Part shown: positions 1 to 9,963 of the stretch, in pieces | Numbering within the stretch: position 1 is the stretch's first letter | Layout of the letters: every line of letters begins with the position of its first letter | Source: Alphaproteobacteria bacterium | GTDB taxonomy: Bacteria; Pseudomonadota; Alphaproteobacteria; UBA828 | DNA length: 64,000 nt | Direction of reading: 5' to 3' | NCBI GenBank assembly: GCA_965237415.1 | Contig: CBDEFM010000002.1 | Span: forward strand, 2,272,001-2,336,000 | The notes under the pieces: generated by a model | What the model was told of the DNA's origin: nothing | Database searches by the model: none | What the model saw: only the letters and a program-made list of their open reading frames with translations | Program-made: the position numbers and the translations under genes

Positions 1-1133
1 TCATAGTCGTTGTGCCGCGGGATGGTGACTGCGATATGCGCGTGGGCAATGACGGTGAATGCGGGCGCCTCCCATGCCCAGGGATCTGTGGGTGTCTCGG
101 AGAGCGATCCCATCTCCAGGTGGGCTCGACCAAGGCTGATAGTCCAAGCGTTGTGGGAGTGTGCTAGCCGGGCAGCCGAGGCAGACGCCAGGATGGCCTC
201 ACACAACGAGTCCGAGAAGCCCTGAAATGCTTGTTGGGCGGACTGCACAAGTTGTGCACGTTGATCCTCGGCCGACTGGGTGGCAGAAGCTTCTCTCGCG
301 GCTTCGGCCACTCTTCTCACCTCGCGGAGATTGGTGTCTTGCAATCTCGCGAGTCCGGCTGGCAACGCATGTCGTTGATTGGTGGCGTGATGCTCGAGCC
401 TCGTCAATATGGTCCGGGCGCTGGGGCGAGCGCCTGGGGCCTTGTACAGGCATTCCGTAATCAGCGCGGACAGTTCGGGGTCGACGCCTTCCAACGGCAG
501 AGGAGCCCGATGCAGATGCAAGTCGCGGAGATCTTCCGGTGAGCCAACAAATGGAAGGGCACCCGAAATCATTTCGTGAGCCATGACGCCGAGCGAATAG
601 ACGTCCGAGGCACTGGTCGCACGTTCCGAACGCCAGCGTTCCGGCGCGGCATATGCCGGTGTGAGGGCAAATTTGCGGGTGTCGGGGGCCGTGGTCGACT
701 CTGCATATCGCGAGATTCCAAAGTCAGCCAAACACCAACGCCCTTCTAGGCACAGTGCATTTTCTGGTTTGATATCGCGGTGTACGACACGGCCATCGAG
801 ATCGGCGAGCGCGGTGGCAACGTCTGTGATGGCGGCCAGGGCATCCTCGACAGACAGGTGATCGGCTTCAAGGCGATCTCGTAGGGAACAGTCTGCCCGA
901 GGCATGATTAGCACCCATTGATCGCCGGATTCGCCACTATCGATGATCGGCACGACGTGGCGCACGTCTCTCAGGTCGACAAACAGCAACTCGCGTTCTG
1001 CGCCCGGATACTTAGGTACGAGTTTTGCCACACAGGCTGGCAAACCGTTGGCCAAGGCCTCAAAAACGCGGCCGAAGCCACCGCCTCCAATCTGTCTCCC
1101 GAGTTCCCAGGATCGTTCAAGTTGGACTTGCAT
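1..1133 (-). CDS. Hanks-type Ser/Thr protein kinase (runs off left edge of window)
   Basis: Manual translation from ATG 1133 gives Gly loop GGGGFGRV, catalytic loop HRDIKPEN, ADFG and YAAPE. No stop before position 1, so it is absent from the ORF track. Confidence 0.9.
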   Translation of the reverse strand, partial: MQVQLERSWELGRQIGGGGFGRVFEALANGLPACVAKLVPKYPGAERELLFVDLRDVRHVVPIIDSGESGDQWVLIMPRADCSLRDRLEADHLSVEDALAAITDVATALADLDGRVVHRDIKPENALCLEGRWCLADFGISRYAESTTAPDTRKFALTPAYAAPERWRSERATSASDVYSLGVMAHEMISGALPFVGSPEDLRDLHLHRAPLPLEGVDPELSALITECLYKAPGARPSARTILTRLEHHATNQRHALPAGLARLQDTNLREVRRVAEAAREASATQSAEDQRAQLVQSAQQAFQGFSDSLCEAILASASAARLAHSHNAWTISLGRAHLEMGSLSETPTDPWAWEAPAFTVIAHAHIAVTIPRHNDY

Positions 1134-1235
1134 GATGGATCTCGGGCGATCGTTTGGGCCGCGTGGCATCCATGACTGGGATGGGTGGAGTCTTCTTGGC
1201 TCGCCTGCTGAACGGTGCGTTGGCGCACTGCAATA

Positions 1236-1664
1236 TCAGATTAGAGGATTAGTCCAACGCAGCCCAGGAAACCTCGCCATGTCGGCGTCCGTAGAGTGCA
1301 GTTCTGCCTGGTGCTCGATCGCCAGGGCGGCAAGATGTGCATCGGTCGTCAGATTGCCGGCCGATCCGGCCGCCTCCAGGAGATCGAACAGAATGTCCGC
1401 ATGACGGTCTCCGGGGTGGATCAGTGCTGTCTGCGGTCGGGAAAGCCAGGACCGGACGCGAGTGCAGGCGCCACTTACATCGAGAGGGTTGTCGAGTATC
1501 TTCGGATTTGTGGCGATGCGGATAAACCCCAGGATCGCAACCCAAGGAAGGCCGACGGTGCCGGTGCCGTTCATCAGCGCTTCCCACCACAGCCGAGCCG
1601 CCTGATGACGGCGAGACTGAGAATCGTGGGCGTGCAGCAGCAAATTGACGTCGGGGACAATCAC
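1236..1664 (-). CDS. vapC: VapC-family PIN-domain toxin
   Basis: PDVNLLLHA N-terminus and NLTTDAHLAALAIEH...STDADMARF PIN motifs; 142 aa. Confidence 0.9.
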   Translation of the reverse strand: MIVPDVNLLLHAHDSQSRRHQAARLWWEALMNGTGTVGLPWVAILGFIRIATNPKILDNPLDVSGACTRVRSWLSRPQTALIHPGDRHADILFDLLEAAGSAGNLTTDAHLAALAIEHQAELHSTDADMARFPGLRWTNPLI

Positions 1665-1921
1665 TTCGCGAGCTTGCGGGCGAGCTCATCCGCCTCCATC
1701 TCATCGACGAGCTGATTGAGCCGATCTGTATCGATGCCCGCCTTAAAGCCGAAGGCATGAGGCTCCACCTCGAAGCGAGGCACCCTGGGCGGTTTGCCGC
1801 GTATCCCCAGGCCGACGCGCAATGCATCGTTGACGACGGCCTTCATACTCCTGCTGGTCCGCCTCATTTCTCGTTGCAGGAGCTGCTCGACATCGGAGTC
1901 GATGGTCAATGTGGTTCGCAT
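1661..1921 (-). CDS. vapB: VapB-type antitoxin (RHH-like)
   Basis: MRTTLTIDSDV N-terminus, 86 aa, 4-nt overlap with the toxin gene. Confidence 0.85.
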   Translation of the reverse strand: MRTTLTIDSDVEQLLQREMRRTSRSMKAVVNDALRVGLGIRGKPPRVPRFEVEPHAFGFKAGIDTDRLNQLVDEMEADELARKLAK

Positions 1922-2095
1922 GACTTACATCGTGATGTGCATAGCTCTTGATGTCAAGATATCGAACCGCGTAAGGGTGTCTGGCGTGCCATCACGGATT
2001 GTCGCGTGGTGACGAAGTGCTCACCTGCTTCTGTTGCCGAGCAACGCGAGGTGATGGCGGTGACAAACCTACCGAACACCGCGCGGCGTTGGGAG

Positions 2096-5000
2096 TTAGA
2101 TGCTGAGGCCCCGGCTTCTCTTTTGGTAACGGCCGAGCTTGCGCTCGCGCTTCTTGAGCTGATCCCGCAGTTCACGGAGCTTATCGGGATCTTCGAGGAT
2201 GTAGGCGATGCCTTCTTCCTGCCTGGGCGCCGGGTCGCGGCGCACCTCCGGATTCTTTGACTTGGCAGTCTGGACGCGGCCGTCCTCGATGCGGCTCCGC
2301 AACTGGTCAACCATGCGGCGCGCGCGACGCTGGCCGTCTTCAATTGCGTCGAGATACGCGCCGTAGGTGTCATCGTCCGCTAGGATGGTTCTCCCGGCCC
2401 TTTCCAGTTGGCGCGCTTCCTTGAGCCACTCTGGCCAACCGGGAACGTCCGCGATGTGCACGTTCAGACGCGCGGCTTCGTGCCGGAGGGGTTTCCCGGC
2501 TTTCACGTGTCGCTCCGCCGCTTCGAGGTAGTCGTGGACGGCTTGGCGCGCGGCGATTTCGCTCCGGTGGTAGTCGAGCAGTCCGGCCAGCTCTTCCCGT
2601 TCCGTCGAAGGGAGCTCCGGATGATCTGCGAGGTCCTGCACGCGCTCGATGAGTTCCTCGTACCCGCGTACCAGGGGAAGGGGCAGGGCGTTCTGATTAG
2701 CGACGGTGACAAGCTCGTTCCAGTCACGCTCCAGTCGGTCATACAAGGGCTCCCAGGTGGGTTCGGTGTCGTGCCTGCGGTCGGGAGCGGCCGGCTCGCT
2801 CGGCTGGACCTGTGCTTGCTCTTCGGAAGCGGGTTCGGCAGCCGGGGAGGCTGTCTCGGCTACGATGGCCTCGACGATCCCGGGCTCTTCGTGCGTTGCG
2901 TCCTGCCGTGCGGCATGAGCTGTCCTGGCTTTGACGGACCGCAGATACGTGCCGGCGCGGGCATGCACTTCCCGCAGCTCATCGAGTTCACCATCGCCGA
3001 TGCCGGCGCGTTCGGCCAACACGCGCTCGAAGACCTGCGGCTTCGCACGGAACACTTGTGCCTGCTTCATCAGCGCACCGTGGCGATCGAGGGTCTCGCG
3101 GAAGGCCGGGCTGAGCGCCACCGCGTCGCCCTCGTCGCGTGTCCGCTCGCGCAGATCGTCCCACGCCGCCAGAACCTCGGCGCGCTCGGCCGCGAATGCG
3201 TCCACCGCCGCGCCGTGGCGCCAGCCGTTGACCGCATGGCGGATCTCGTTGGCGATGCGCTCGCGGAAGTTGTCGTTGGCGGCTTCGCGGGCCTCGACTG
3301 TTTCCTCCTGCCCGTCGCCGGGACCATCATGCTTCTTGCCGTTCGAACGGCTACCGCCGTTCCCGACGCCGGTCCGCCCAAACTGCGCGCGGAGCTGAGC
3401 TCCTTCGCTCGCATCCCGCCATTCGCCGTCGGTGATGTAATCGAGCGCCGCCTCCTTGGGCTGCGAGCGCGACCAGCGCTCGGCCAGATAAGCCCGCACG
3501 TCCGAGTCCGTCACCGGCATGTCCGCCTGGTCCTCGGGCCGGTGTTCGGCGATATCGAAGGCCAGCGGGGAGCGGTTGACGTAGATGTCGAGGCTCTCGC
3601 GATGCCGGGTCGCGGCCGGATAGATCGTCTCCCGCGCCGGCCGCTCGTCCGCCAGCAGGAAGGCGCAGGCGACCGTCAGCCCCTGGGCCGAGGCGATGGT
3701 CATGGCGTAGCCGTAGTCGAGACGGATGTTGTCGTGCCAGTCGCGGATCTCGTCATGGCGGAAGGTCACCCGCCGCCCGTCGTCGGTGCGCGCCGTGATA
3801 TGGACGGAAAACTCAGGCTCTGGAGCGCCGCTGTCCGGCTCCGCCATGCGCCCGCCGGCTCGCCGGTTCCGGGCCTTGCGCGACACCGCCGCGGCTTCCG
3901 CGCGCCGAACCTCAAGGTCCTCTATCGTGACCACGGTGCCGTTGAAGAGCTGCTTCTCCCACTGCGTCGCCCCGATGCGGAGACGGTCGCCGACCGCGAT
4001 CTCCAGCGGCTCGGTCACCCTCCCGTCCAGGTCCCGGCTCACCTCGATGACGGCGCGCTTCGCGTCGGGTGTCGGGGTAAGCACGCGTTGGCGCATCAGC
4101 CACGACAGCGCTCGTCCCTCGGCCTTCGTGCGCGCGAGCACGACGGTGGATGCGCCGGACTGTGTGCACACATGGCGCTCCCAGTCGTCCACCAGACGGG
4201 TCAGCGTCTTCTCCTCGTCGTGGCAAAGATGAAGCCGGTTGCGGAGATGCCACGCCTCGATGGCCTTCTCCGCCTCCCCGTCCCTGAGCGCCTCCGAGAC
4301 CGCCACCTGCCACGGCGTAAACAGGGGCTTCTTCTCCATCGCCTCGTACTCGGCGAGGATGGTGTCACGCTCTTTCAGGTTCGTGAGACCGGCCCGGAAC
4401 CGCGCCTGCTCCGGCGTCTGCTTGTGGACATGGACCAGCACGTCCTCGAGGTCCGCCTTCTGGCGCCGGATGCGGTCGACGCGCACGCTGCCCGCGACAT
4501 CCCGGATCAATCTCAGCCCCGGCCCGGCCTCCACCGGCTGTTGCTGGCGCGTGTCGCCGGCGAACACCACCTTCGCCCCGTGGCGCTCCGAGAGCTGCAG
4601 GATGTGATGGGCCTGGCGCGTCGACAGCATCCCCGCCTCGTCCACCACGATCAGCGTGCGCCTCCCGATCTCGACCTGCTCCTTGGCGGCCAGCTTCAAT
4701 AGCTTGTCCACGCAGTAGGCGCGGGCGTCGCAGTCGTCGCCCAGCGCCACCGCCGTCCGCCAGGCGACGGCGGTGGGCACGATCTCGTAGCCGTGCTCCT
4801 TGTGGAGGTCGGTAATGGGCCGCAGCGTGGTGGTCTTGCCCGAGCCTGCCGCCCCTTCGATGACCGCCACTCGGCCAGCCCGCAAGGTGGCATGGCGGAT
4901 CGCCAGCGACTGCTCCTGGCTCAGCGGATATCCCTGCTCCAGCAGGGTCTCCACCTTCTCCTTGACCGCCTCTTCCGGCAGCCCGTGGCCGGTGTCCGCG

Positions 5001-6256
5001 GCCATGGCCGCCGTCATGTCCTTGACCGCCTGCTCCAGCCCGAGGTTGTGGCGGGTGGAATAGACCTCGGTGTGAGCCATGCCCGCCAATGATTCTGCGG
5101 TGGGCTTCTTCGGCTCCAGCCGCTCGATCTCGGGGTTGCGGCGCAGCCGCTCGATGGCGGTTCTCAGCGCTTCAGGGCCGATCAGGCCTGCCGCCGCATT
5201 TGCCGCCGCCTCCACCATGTCCGGGCGCCGGAACACGGCCTCTTGCCGGGCCAGGTGGGCGGGAAGATCATCGAGGCGGCTGGTCAGTTCCCGGATCGCC
5301 TCTCGCGTGATCTTCACGTCATGGCCGGTCACGGAGGCGATCAGCTCCTCGCGCTCGACGAAGCTCTGCGCTTCCTCCCCCCAGCGCCGGTGGCGTATCT
5401 CGGGGTCGTTGTCGTGCGATTTGCCGGCCCGAGTCAGCTTGTTGACGCCGGCCATGCGCGAGGCGTTGCCGAGCGACGGAATGCCCAGCTCTCCGGCCTT
5501 GGCGACGATCGCCTTCCGCCGCTTCGACCAGAAGACCTGCAAGTCTTCCGGCATGCCTTCGATGCGGGTGAACCCGGCATTGGGACCGTACTGCTCCATC
5601 GGCACGCCGAGGCGCTCGCGGAGGTTCCAGGCCAGGGCATTGCGGTAGACTGCGCCCGCGGCCTTGGCCCAGCTGTAGACCGGGTACTGGTGCATGGCCC
5701 GCCACTTGCCGTCCTCGCGGGTGCGGGCCGCATTGAAGATGACGCAGTGGGTATGAAGCTGCGGGTCGTTCTCCCGGCTGGTGCCGTGTGGGAACATCGC
5801 CACCGAGATATCGGCAGGCAGGACCCTGATCCGCCCCTCCCTGTCCCGGATCCGCGTATACGAGCAGTAGCGGAACACGGTCTCTTCCAGCGCCACCCGG
5901 GCGGCGTCGTTGTGCGCTTCCTCGATCCGGGCGCGCAACTCGGGATCGGCGATGGCCCACAAGGCGGAGACGCTCTTGTCGGCCGAGAAGGTCATATCCA
6001 CACCCGGCGAGCGCTGGTCGCTGCCCGCGTTTCTGGTGAGCTTGCTGGAGCCGTCCGGCGCGAAGCCGTGATAAAGCCGGTGGAAGTCGCCGCTGTCGAC
6101 CTTGCCGCCGCTCTCGAGTCCGAGCAGGCCCTTGGGGTTGAACCACACCCCGTCCGGTTCCTCCCCGGCCGTGTAGTACTCGTTGGGATGACGGAACGAC
6201 CGCTGACTCTCCAGATAGTACGAGGCTGAGGCGGCCTGAGCGAGGGTGGCTACCAT
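2096..6256 (-). CDS. MOBF (TrwC/TraI-like) conjugative relaxase-helicase
   Basis: N-terminal YY...YY, DMTFSADKSVS, HGTSRENDPQLHTH (HUH); helicase GAAGSGKT, VDEAG, YAMTIASAQG. Confidence 0.93.
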   Translation of the reverse strand: MVATLAQAASASYYLESQRSFRHPNEYYTAGEEPDGVWFNPKGLLGLESGGKVDSGDFHRLYHGFAPDGSSKLTRNAGSDQRSPGVDMTFSADKSVSALWAIADPELRARIEEAHNDAARVALEETVFRYCSYTRIRDREGRIRVLPADISVAMFPHGTSRENDPQLHTHCVIFNAARTREDGKWRAMHQYPVYSWAKAAGAVYRNALAWNLRERLGVPMEQYGPNAGFTRIEGMPEDLQVFWSKRRKAIVAKAGELGIPSLGNASRMAGVNKLTRAGKSHDNDPEIRHRRWGEEAQSFVEREELIASVTGHDVKITREAIRELTSRLDDLPAHLARQEAVFRRPDMVEAAANAAAGLIGPEALRTAIERLRRNPEIERLEPKKPTAESLAGMAHTEVYSTRHNLGLEQAVKDMTAAMAADTGHGLPEEAVKEKVETLLEQGYPLSQEQSLAIRHATLRAGRVAVIEGAAGSGKTTTLRPITDLHKEHGYEIVPTAVAWRTAVALGDDCDARAYCVDKLLKLAAKEQVEIGRRTLIVVDEAGMLSTRQAHHILQLSERHGAKVVFAGDTRQQQPVEAGPGLRLIRDVAGSVRVDRIRRQKADLEDVLVHVHKQTPEQARFRAGLTNLKERDTILAEYEAMEKKPLFTPWQVAVSEALRDGEAEKAIEAWHLRNRLHLCHDEEKTLTRLVDDWERHVCTQSGASTVVLARTKAEGRALSWLMRQRVLTPTPDAKRAVIEVSRDLDGRVTEPLEIAVGDRLRIGATQWEKQLFNGTVVTIEDLEVRRAEAAAVSRKARNRRAGGRMAEPDSGAPEPEFSVHITARTDDGRRVTFRHDEIRDWHDNIRLDYGYAMTIASAQGLTVACAFLLADERPARETIYPAATRHRESLDIYVNRSPLAFDIAEHRPEDQADMPVTDSDVRAYLAERWSRSQPKEAALDYITDGEWRDASEGAQLRAQFGRTGVGNGGSRSNGKKHDGPGDGQEETVEAREAANDNFRERIANEIRHAVNGWRHGAAVDAFAAERAEVLAAWDDLRERTRDEGDAVALSPAFRETLDRHGALMKQAQVFRAKPQVFERVLAERAGIGDGELDELREVHARAGTYLRSVKARTAHAARQDATHEEPGIVEAIVAETASPAAEPASEEQAQVQPSEPAAPDRRHDTEPTWEPLYDRLERDWNELVTVANQNALPLPLVRGYEELIERVQDLADHPELPSTEREELAGLLDYHRSEIAARQAVHDYLEAAERHVKAGKPLRHEAARLNVHIADVPGWPEWLKEARQLERAGRTILADDDTYGAYLDAIEDGQRRARRMVDQLRSRIEDGRVQTAKSKNPEVRRDPAPRQEEGIAYILEDPDKLRELRDQLKKRERKLGRYQKRSRGLSI

Positions 6257-6642
6257 GGTGCGGTATCCTTACCCGGAAGATACGCAGCGACCGTACTCAC
6301 ACGCAAAGCCTCAGCCGAGAGTGCCGATGGCGGAATCCTCATAGGTTTCACATCGTTACACATTGGGGTCGTGACATCCGTCAGTTACCGACTGTATCAT
6401 CCGTTATCCTTCTCGGCAACCGGCACTTTAGTGCATAGGTGTGAAAAGAAAAACGTCCACGTATACGGTTCGTGATGAGCGGACATCCATGATAGCCGCT
6501 GTGCTATAGCGGGGACAACAAGAAATTGCAGAAAGTGGGGCGCAATGCGAGGTCCGAAACGGGCGTTCCGTTGACACGGTGGGGCCGCAGGTCGATCATG
6601 TGGAACCATCCGCAATTGCAGGAATTGGAGGAGGATACGGGC
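6257..6642. promoter_or_regulatory. Putative oriT / divergent promoter region
   Basis: Lower-GC intergenic region between the divergent relaxase and a small accessory gene. Positional inference; nick site not identified. Confidence 0.45.
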
Positions 6643-6945
6643 ATGGTGGCGAGACGCTTCAACGAAGCGGATGTCGACTTCGAGGCTATCGACGGCGACC
6701 TGTCGAAGCTGGCGCCTCCGAAGCTGTCGCTGAAGGACGTCCTGGACCGCTTGCGAGAGCGGATGCTCGAGCAACGGGCCAAGGGCGTGACCGTGGCTCA
6801 GATACACGAAGTGCTGAAAGCACGAGGTATCGAGATCGGGGAGCGAAGCCTCAAGACGTTCCTGGACAAGGGGGAGCTGCCCGGTCGAAAGGCCAAGGCC
6901 GTGGCGCAGGCGGCGGGAGCGGAGGAAGGCAGAGATCCGTTCTGA
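6643..6945 (+). CDS. Small putative relaxosome accessory/DNA-binding protein
   Basis: Strong SD (GGAGGAGG) before ATG 6643; 100 aa with an HTH-like segment GVTVAQIHEVLKARGIEI; divergent from the relaxase. Confidence 0.6.
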   Translation: MVARRFNEADVDFEAIDGDLSKLAPPKLSLKDVLDRLRERMLEQRAKGVTVAQIHEVLKARGIEIGERSLKTFLDKGELPGRKAKAVAQAAGAEEGRDPF

Positions 6946-7054
6946 GACCGGCTGGAGCGAAGGCGCGGAGCGCCGAGCGAGAGACGGCGAAGCGTCGCTC
7001 AAAGAGAGGCGAGTCGTTTTGCGATGAGCAGGATTGAGAGTGGGGAGGGGCCGC

Positions 7055-7571
7055 GAGCGTCGGGCGATGGCGCGTAAGCGCCGAGCCGGACGCGAGGCGG
7101 GAGGAGCGCAGGCGGCGGAGCGAAGCGACGCGCCGCGATGCGGGCTTGCACGGGATCGGAGAGAGCCGCCGGCGAAGGGAGCGCAGCGACCGAGCCACGG
7201 CGGCGGAAGGCCACGGGTCTGGCTGCCTGCACCCGCAAGCGAAGCGCGCAGCGAGCAACGCGAGCGAAGGCGCCAGGGATCGTCACCCGAAGGGCGAAGA
7301 CCGCGTCAGCGGGCTTCGTGGAGCCGGGCGGGGCGAAGCCGCGCCCGGCGGAATAGAGCCCGGCGCCCGGTCCCTGGACCGGGCGGGCGCACCGATCATG
7401 TAGGTGGAAGAGAAGGCGATATCGGGTCGTCATTGTGGACGACTGCGAACGGACCACGCCGGGATGCAGGGGCAACGAGGCGAAAGCATTGTGGCGTGGG
7501 ATACGGATCTCGGGAGATAGAGCTGACGAGCGTCCGGCGACGGCGCGTCAGCGCCGAGCCGGACGCGAGGC
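7055..7571. repeat. Two 44-bp imperfect direct repeats (7055-7098, 7528-7571)
   Basis: GAGCGTC(G/C)GGCGA(T/C)GGCGCGT(A/C)AGCGCCGAGCCGGACGCGAGGC, 3 mismatches. Confidence 0.85.
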
Positions 7572-7667
7572 CGCGCTTTGGCGGTGTGGGGCACGGTGGC
7601 GGTGCCGGGAGCGCGAGCGGCGCCGGCGCGAAGCGCCGCGCCGCGAAGCGCGACACCGGGCACGGCG

Positions 7668-7710
7668 CAAAAAAAAGGGGCCGATCCCTCGCCGAAGCGG
7701 GGACCGGCCC
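7668..7710 (-). terminator. Rho-independent terminator
   Basis: GC-rich hairpin GGGCCGG...CGGCCCC followed by a T9 tract on the minus strand, just downstream of the SLOG-like ORF. Confidence 0.65.
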
Positions 7711-7734
7711 TGGCGGGTGACGGAAGCGCCGTCC

Positions 7735-8250
7735 TCACGCGGCGACGTTCATGACGGGTATGCCGAGCTGACGTGCCTTGTCGACGAGGTTCCCTGTGAT
7801 CCCGCTGCCGGGGAAGGCGATGACGCCCTTCGGCAGCAGGTTCAGCAGATCGTCGTTGCGCCGGAAGGGGGCGGCCTTGCCGTGCGCGTTCCAGTCCGGG
7901 CGGCAGACGACCTGATCGACGCCGCGCGCCTCCGCCCAGCTCGCCGCGATCTTCTCGATGCCGGGGCCGCCGCCGTGCAGCAGAACCATGTCGCCGTACT
8001 TCTCGCGCGCCCGGTCGAGCGTGGTCCAGACGGAGTCCGCATCCATGACCTGCTTGCCGCCGGTGATGGCCACCAGGGTTCCCTCCGGCAGGTGCGCCCG
8101 GGTCTCGCGGTCCTTCCGTGCGCGCTGGAAGTCCCGGGCGTCGATCGCGGCCGATGTGAGCTTGCCGGTCTGGCTGGCGTGCGATCCGTGGCGCGGGCGC
8201 CAGACGTCGCCGGTGTGGACGCGGTAGGCTTCGGCGGCCGTATCGCGCAT
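7735..8250 (-). pseudogene. C-terminal part of a DUF2493/SLOG-family ICE protein
   Basis: [37 protein letters not shown] motifs; 5' end fused to a RadC fragment. Confidence 0.75.
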
Positions 8251-8432
8251 CGCCGCTGGGGTGCGGGTGGAGTACTACGAGGGCGGACGCGCCCACCTCC
8301 AGCGCGCGGACGCAGACCTGGCGGGGATAGACCGGGGTGTGGTTGACCGTGCCGGTTTGCAGCAGTTCGTCGCGGATGAGCCGGTTCTTGGTGTCGAGGT
8401 ACAACGCGCGGAACTCCTCGACGTCGCGGTGC
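8250..8432 (-). pseudogene. radC: RadC/JAB-domain fragment
   Basis: [33 protein letters not shown]. Confidence 0.85.
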
Positions 8433-9065
8433 GCCGCGAACTCGATGTCGAGCCGGGCTACGGTGGCTTCGAGCTCCGGCCGGGCATCCGCCTCGAATGC
8501 GAGCTGGCCGTTGACAGTGCGGGCGACGCAGGCGGCGAAGAGGTTCTGCTTGTCCGACTCGGGCAACGCGCGGAGCGCCGCGAAGGACTCCTGGCGGTCC
8601 TCGATCTCCAGCCAGTCGAAGGAGAGCGACGAGCGGTCGGCCAGCATGGCCTCGCCCGGGACGGACCCGGCCGAAACGGGCGAGGTCGGACCAGTCGACG
8701 TCGAGGCGGGCTTCGGCCCACTTCCAACGGGTCGCCAGTTCGTCCGCCGCGACCTGGAGGCGATCAAGGGCGAGCTGCATCAGAAGCGCCGGGTCCTCGA
8801 GCCAGACGCCGTTCTCGTACTCGTCGGCGAAGAGATCGCGGAGCACGGGACCGCCGGCCGCCTCATAGGCGTCCACGCCGACGTAGCGGGCGAGCGCGGC
8901 GCCGGCGGGAATGCGGTCCTCGGTCAGCATGCGCTTGATCTGCCAGTCGGACGGCCGGTAGCCCTGGTCGCTCACCTGCTCCCACACCGCCAACTGGCGC
9001 GTGCGGTCGGTGGTCACGGTGAAGGCCTTCAGCGTGGCGAGGTCGATCTTGTCCTCGCGGTAGGG
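8430..9065 (-). pseudogene. Two fused fragments of a second ParB-family gene
   Basis: Closely similar to two separate segments of the ParB at 14349, with the intervening part deleted. Confidence 0.85.
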
Positions 9066-9108
9066 GTAGCGGCTTCGTGGCGCGATCGCGCGATCGGAGA
9101 AATCGACA

Positions 9109-9681
9109 ATGAACAAATCGGCGATCGTCGCCCGCGTGGCCAAGCGGATGGGGCTGAACAAGTTCACCGCGGAAGGAGCGGTCGATACCGTTCTTGGGGC
9201 GATCGCCGAGTCCCTTGCGAAGGAAGAGGACGTGCGGATCGCGGGCTTCGGCACCTTCAGGACGCGGAAGCGCGCCGCGAGGACGGGCCGCAATCCGGGG
9301 ACCGGCGAGAGCGTGGCGATACCGGCCTCGAAATCGCCGTCGTTCAAGGCGGCAAAGGCGTTCAGGGAGGCGGTGAGGCGGGGCTGGCCACCAGTGGCGG
9401 AGGAGCCGGCGGAGGACGGCAAGGGTCGGCCGGGCAGCGCTGGCACGATGTTGGAGATGTCGGACTGGCCGGGCGGGGTCGAGCCGGTCTGGACCCTGCT
9501 GGAGGCGGAAAGCGCCCAGGCGCTGCGGGCCGAACCGTCGGCGGACAACCGCACGCTGCGCCTCGCGGCCGACTTGCCGGACGAGGCGGTAGAAGGCTCG
9601 GCGTTCGTGCGCAATGCCCTGATCGCGCTGCAGCGGATATCCGGCAGCGGGTCCGGCACGGTCGCCCGATGCACCATGTAG
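9109..9681 (+). CDS. HU-family DNA-binding protein with C-terminal extension (tail probably truncated)
   Basis: MNKSAIV..., GFGTF, RAARTGRNPGTGE, PSFKAAK HU/IHF motifs. Confidence 0.85.
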   Translation: MNKSAIVARVAKRMGLNKFTAEGAVDTVLGAIAESLAKEEDVRIAGFGTFRTRKRAARTGRNPGTGESVAIPASKSPSFKAAKAFREAVRRGWPPVAEEPAEDGKGRPGSAGTMLEMSDWPGGVEPVWTLLEAESAQALRAEPSADNRTLRLAADLPDEAVEGSAFVRNALIALQRISGSGSGTVARCTM

Positions 9682-9963
9682 CGCGAGATATCCATGCCCG
9701 CGTCCGCTGCCAGTTCGCGAATGCGCGCCCATTCGCTCGCCGTCGCCATTACCGCGTGCTGGGTGCGGCGCTCCGCCGGCCGGCGGCTCATGAGGGCGCC
9801 CCAGGGACCTTGCAGCGAGGCCTGACGCACCTCGGCGCATCCGCATTCGGGCCCATACCATCCACCTCTTCAACGCGGCGCGGGTTGGCTTGGCCAGTGG
9901 CGTGCAACGTTCCTTGCGTCCCTTGCCGATCACTCTTAGGTGGGCTCCGTTGACATGCTTCAT
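9645..9963 (-). pseudogene. Fused remnants: tyrosine recombinase fragment and MobC-like RHH fragment
   Basis: HLRVIGKGRKERCTPL (XerD/RIT-like) at ~9860-9945; ASEWARIRELAADAGMDISRY (RHH-like) at ~9680-9790. Confidence 0.55.

Noticed and set aside
2408-4702. Long antisense/alternate-frame ORFs (also 14175-16685, 23519-25636, 31107-32489, 49838-51232)
   Set aside because: High-GC shadow frames of recognisable genes, with no motifs of their own.
7430-9830. 445-aa and 662-aa ORFs as novel ParB-RadC fusion proteins
   Set aside because: Only short stretches are homologous to real proteins; the rest is out-of-frame or antisense-HU sequence joined by deletions.
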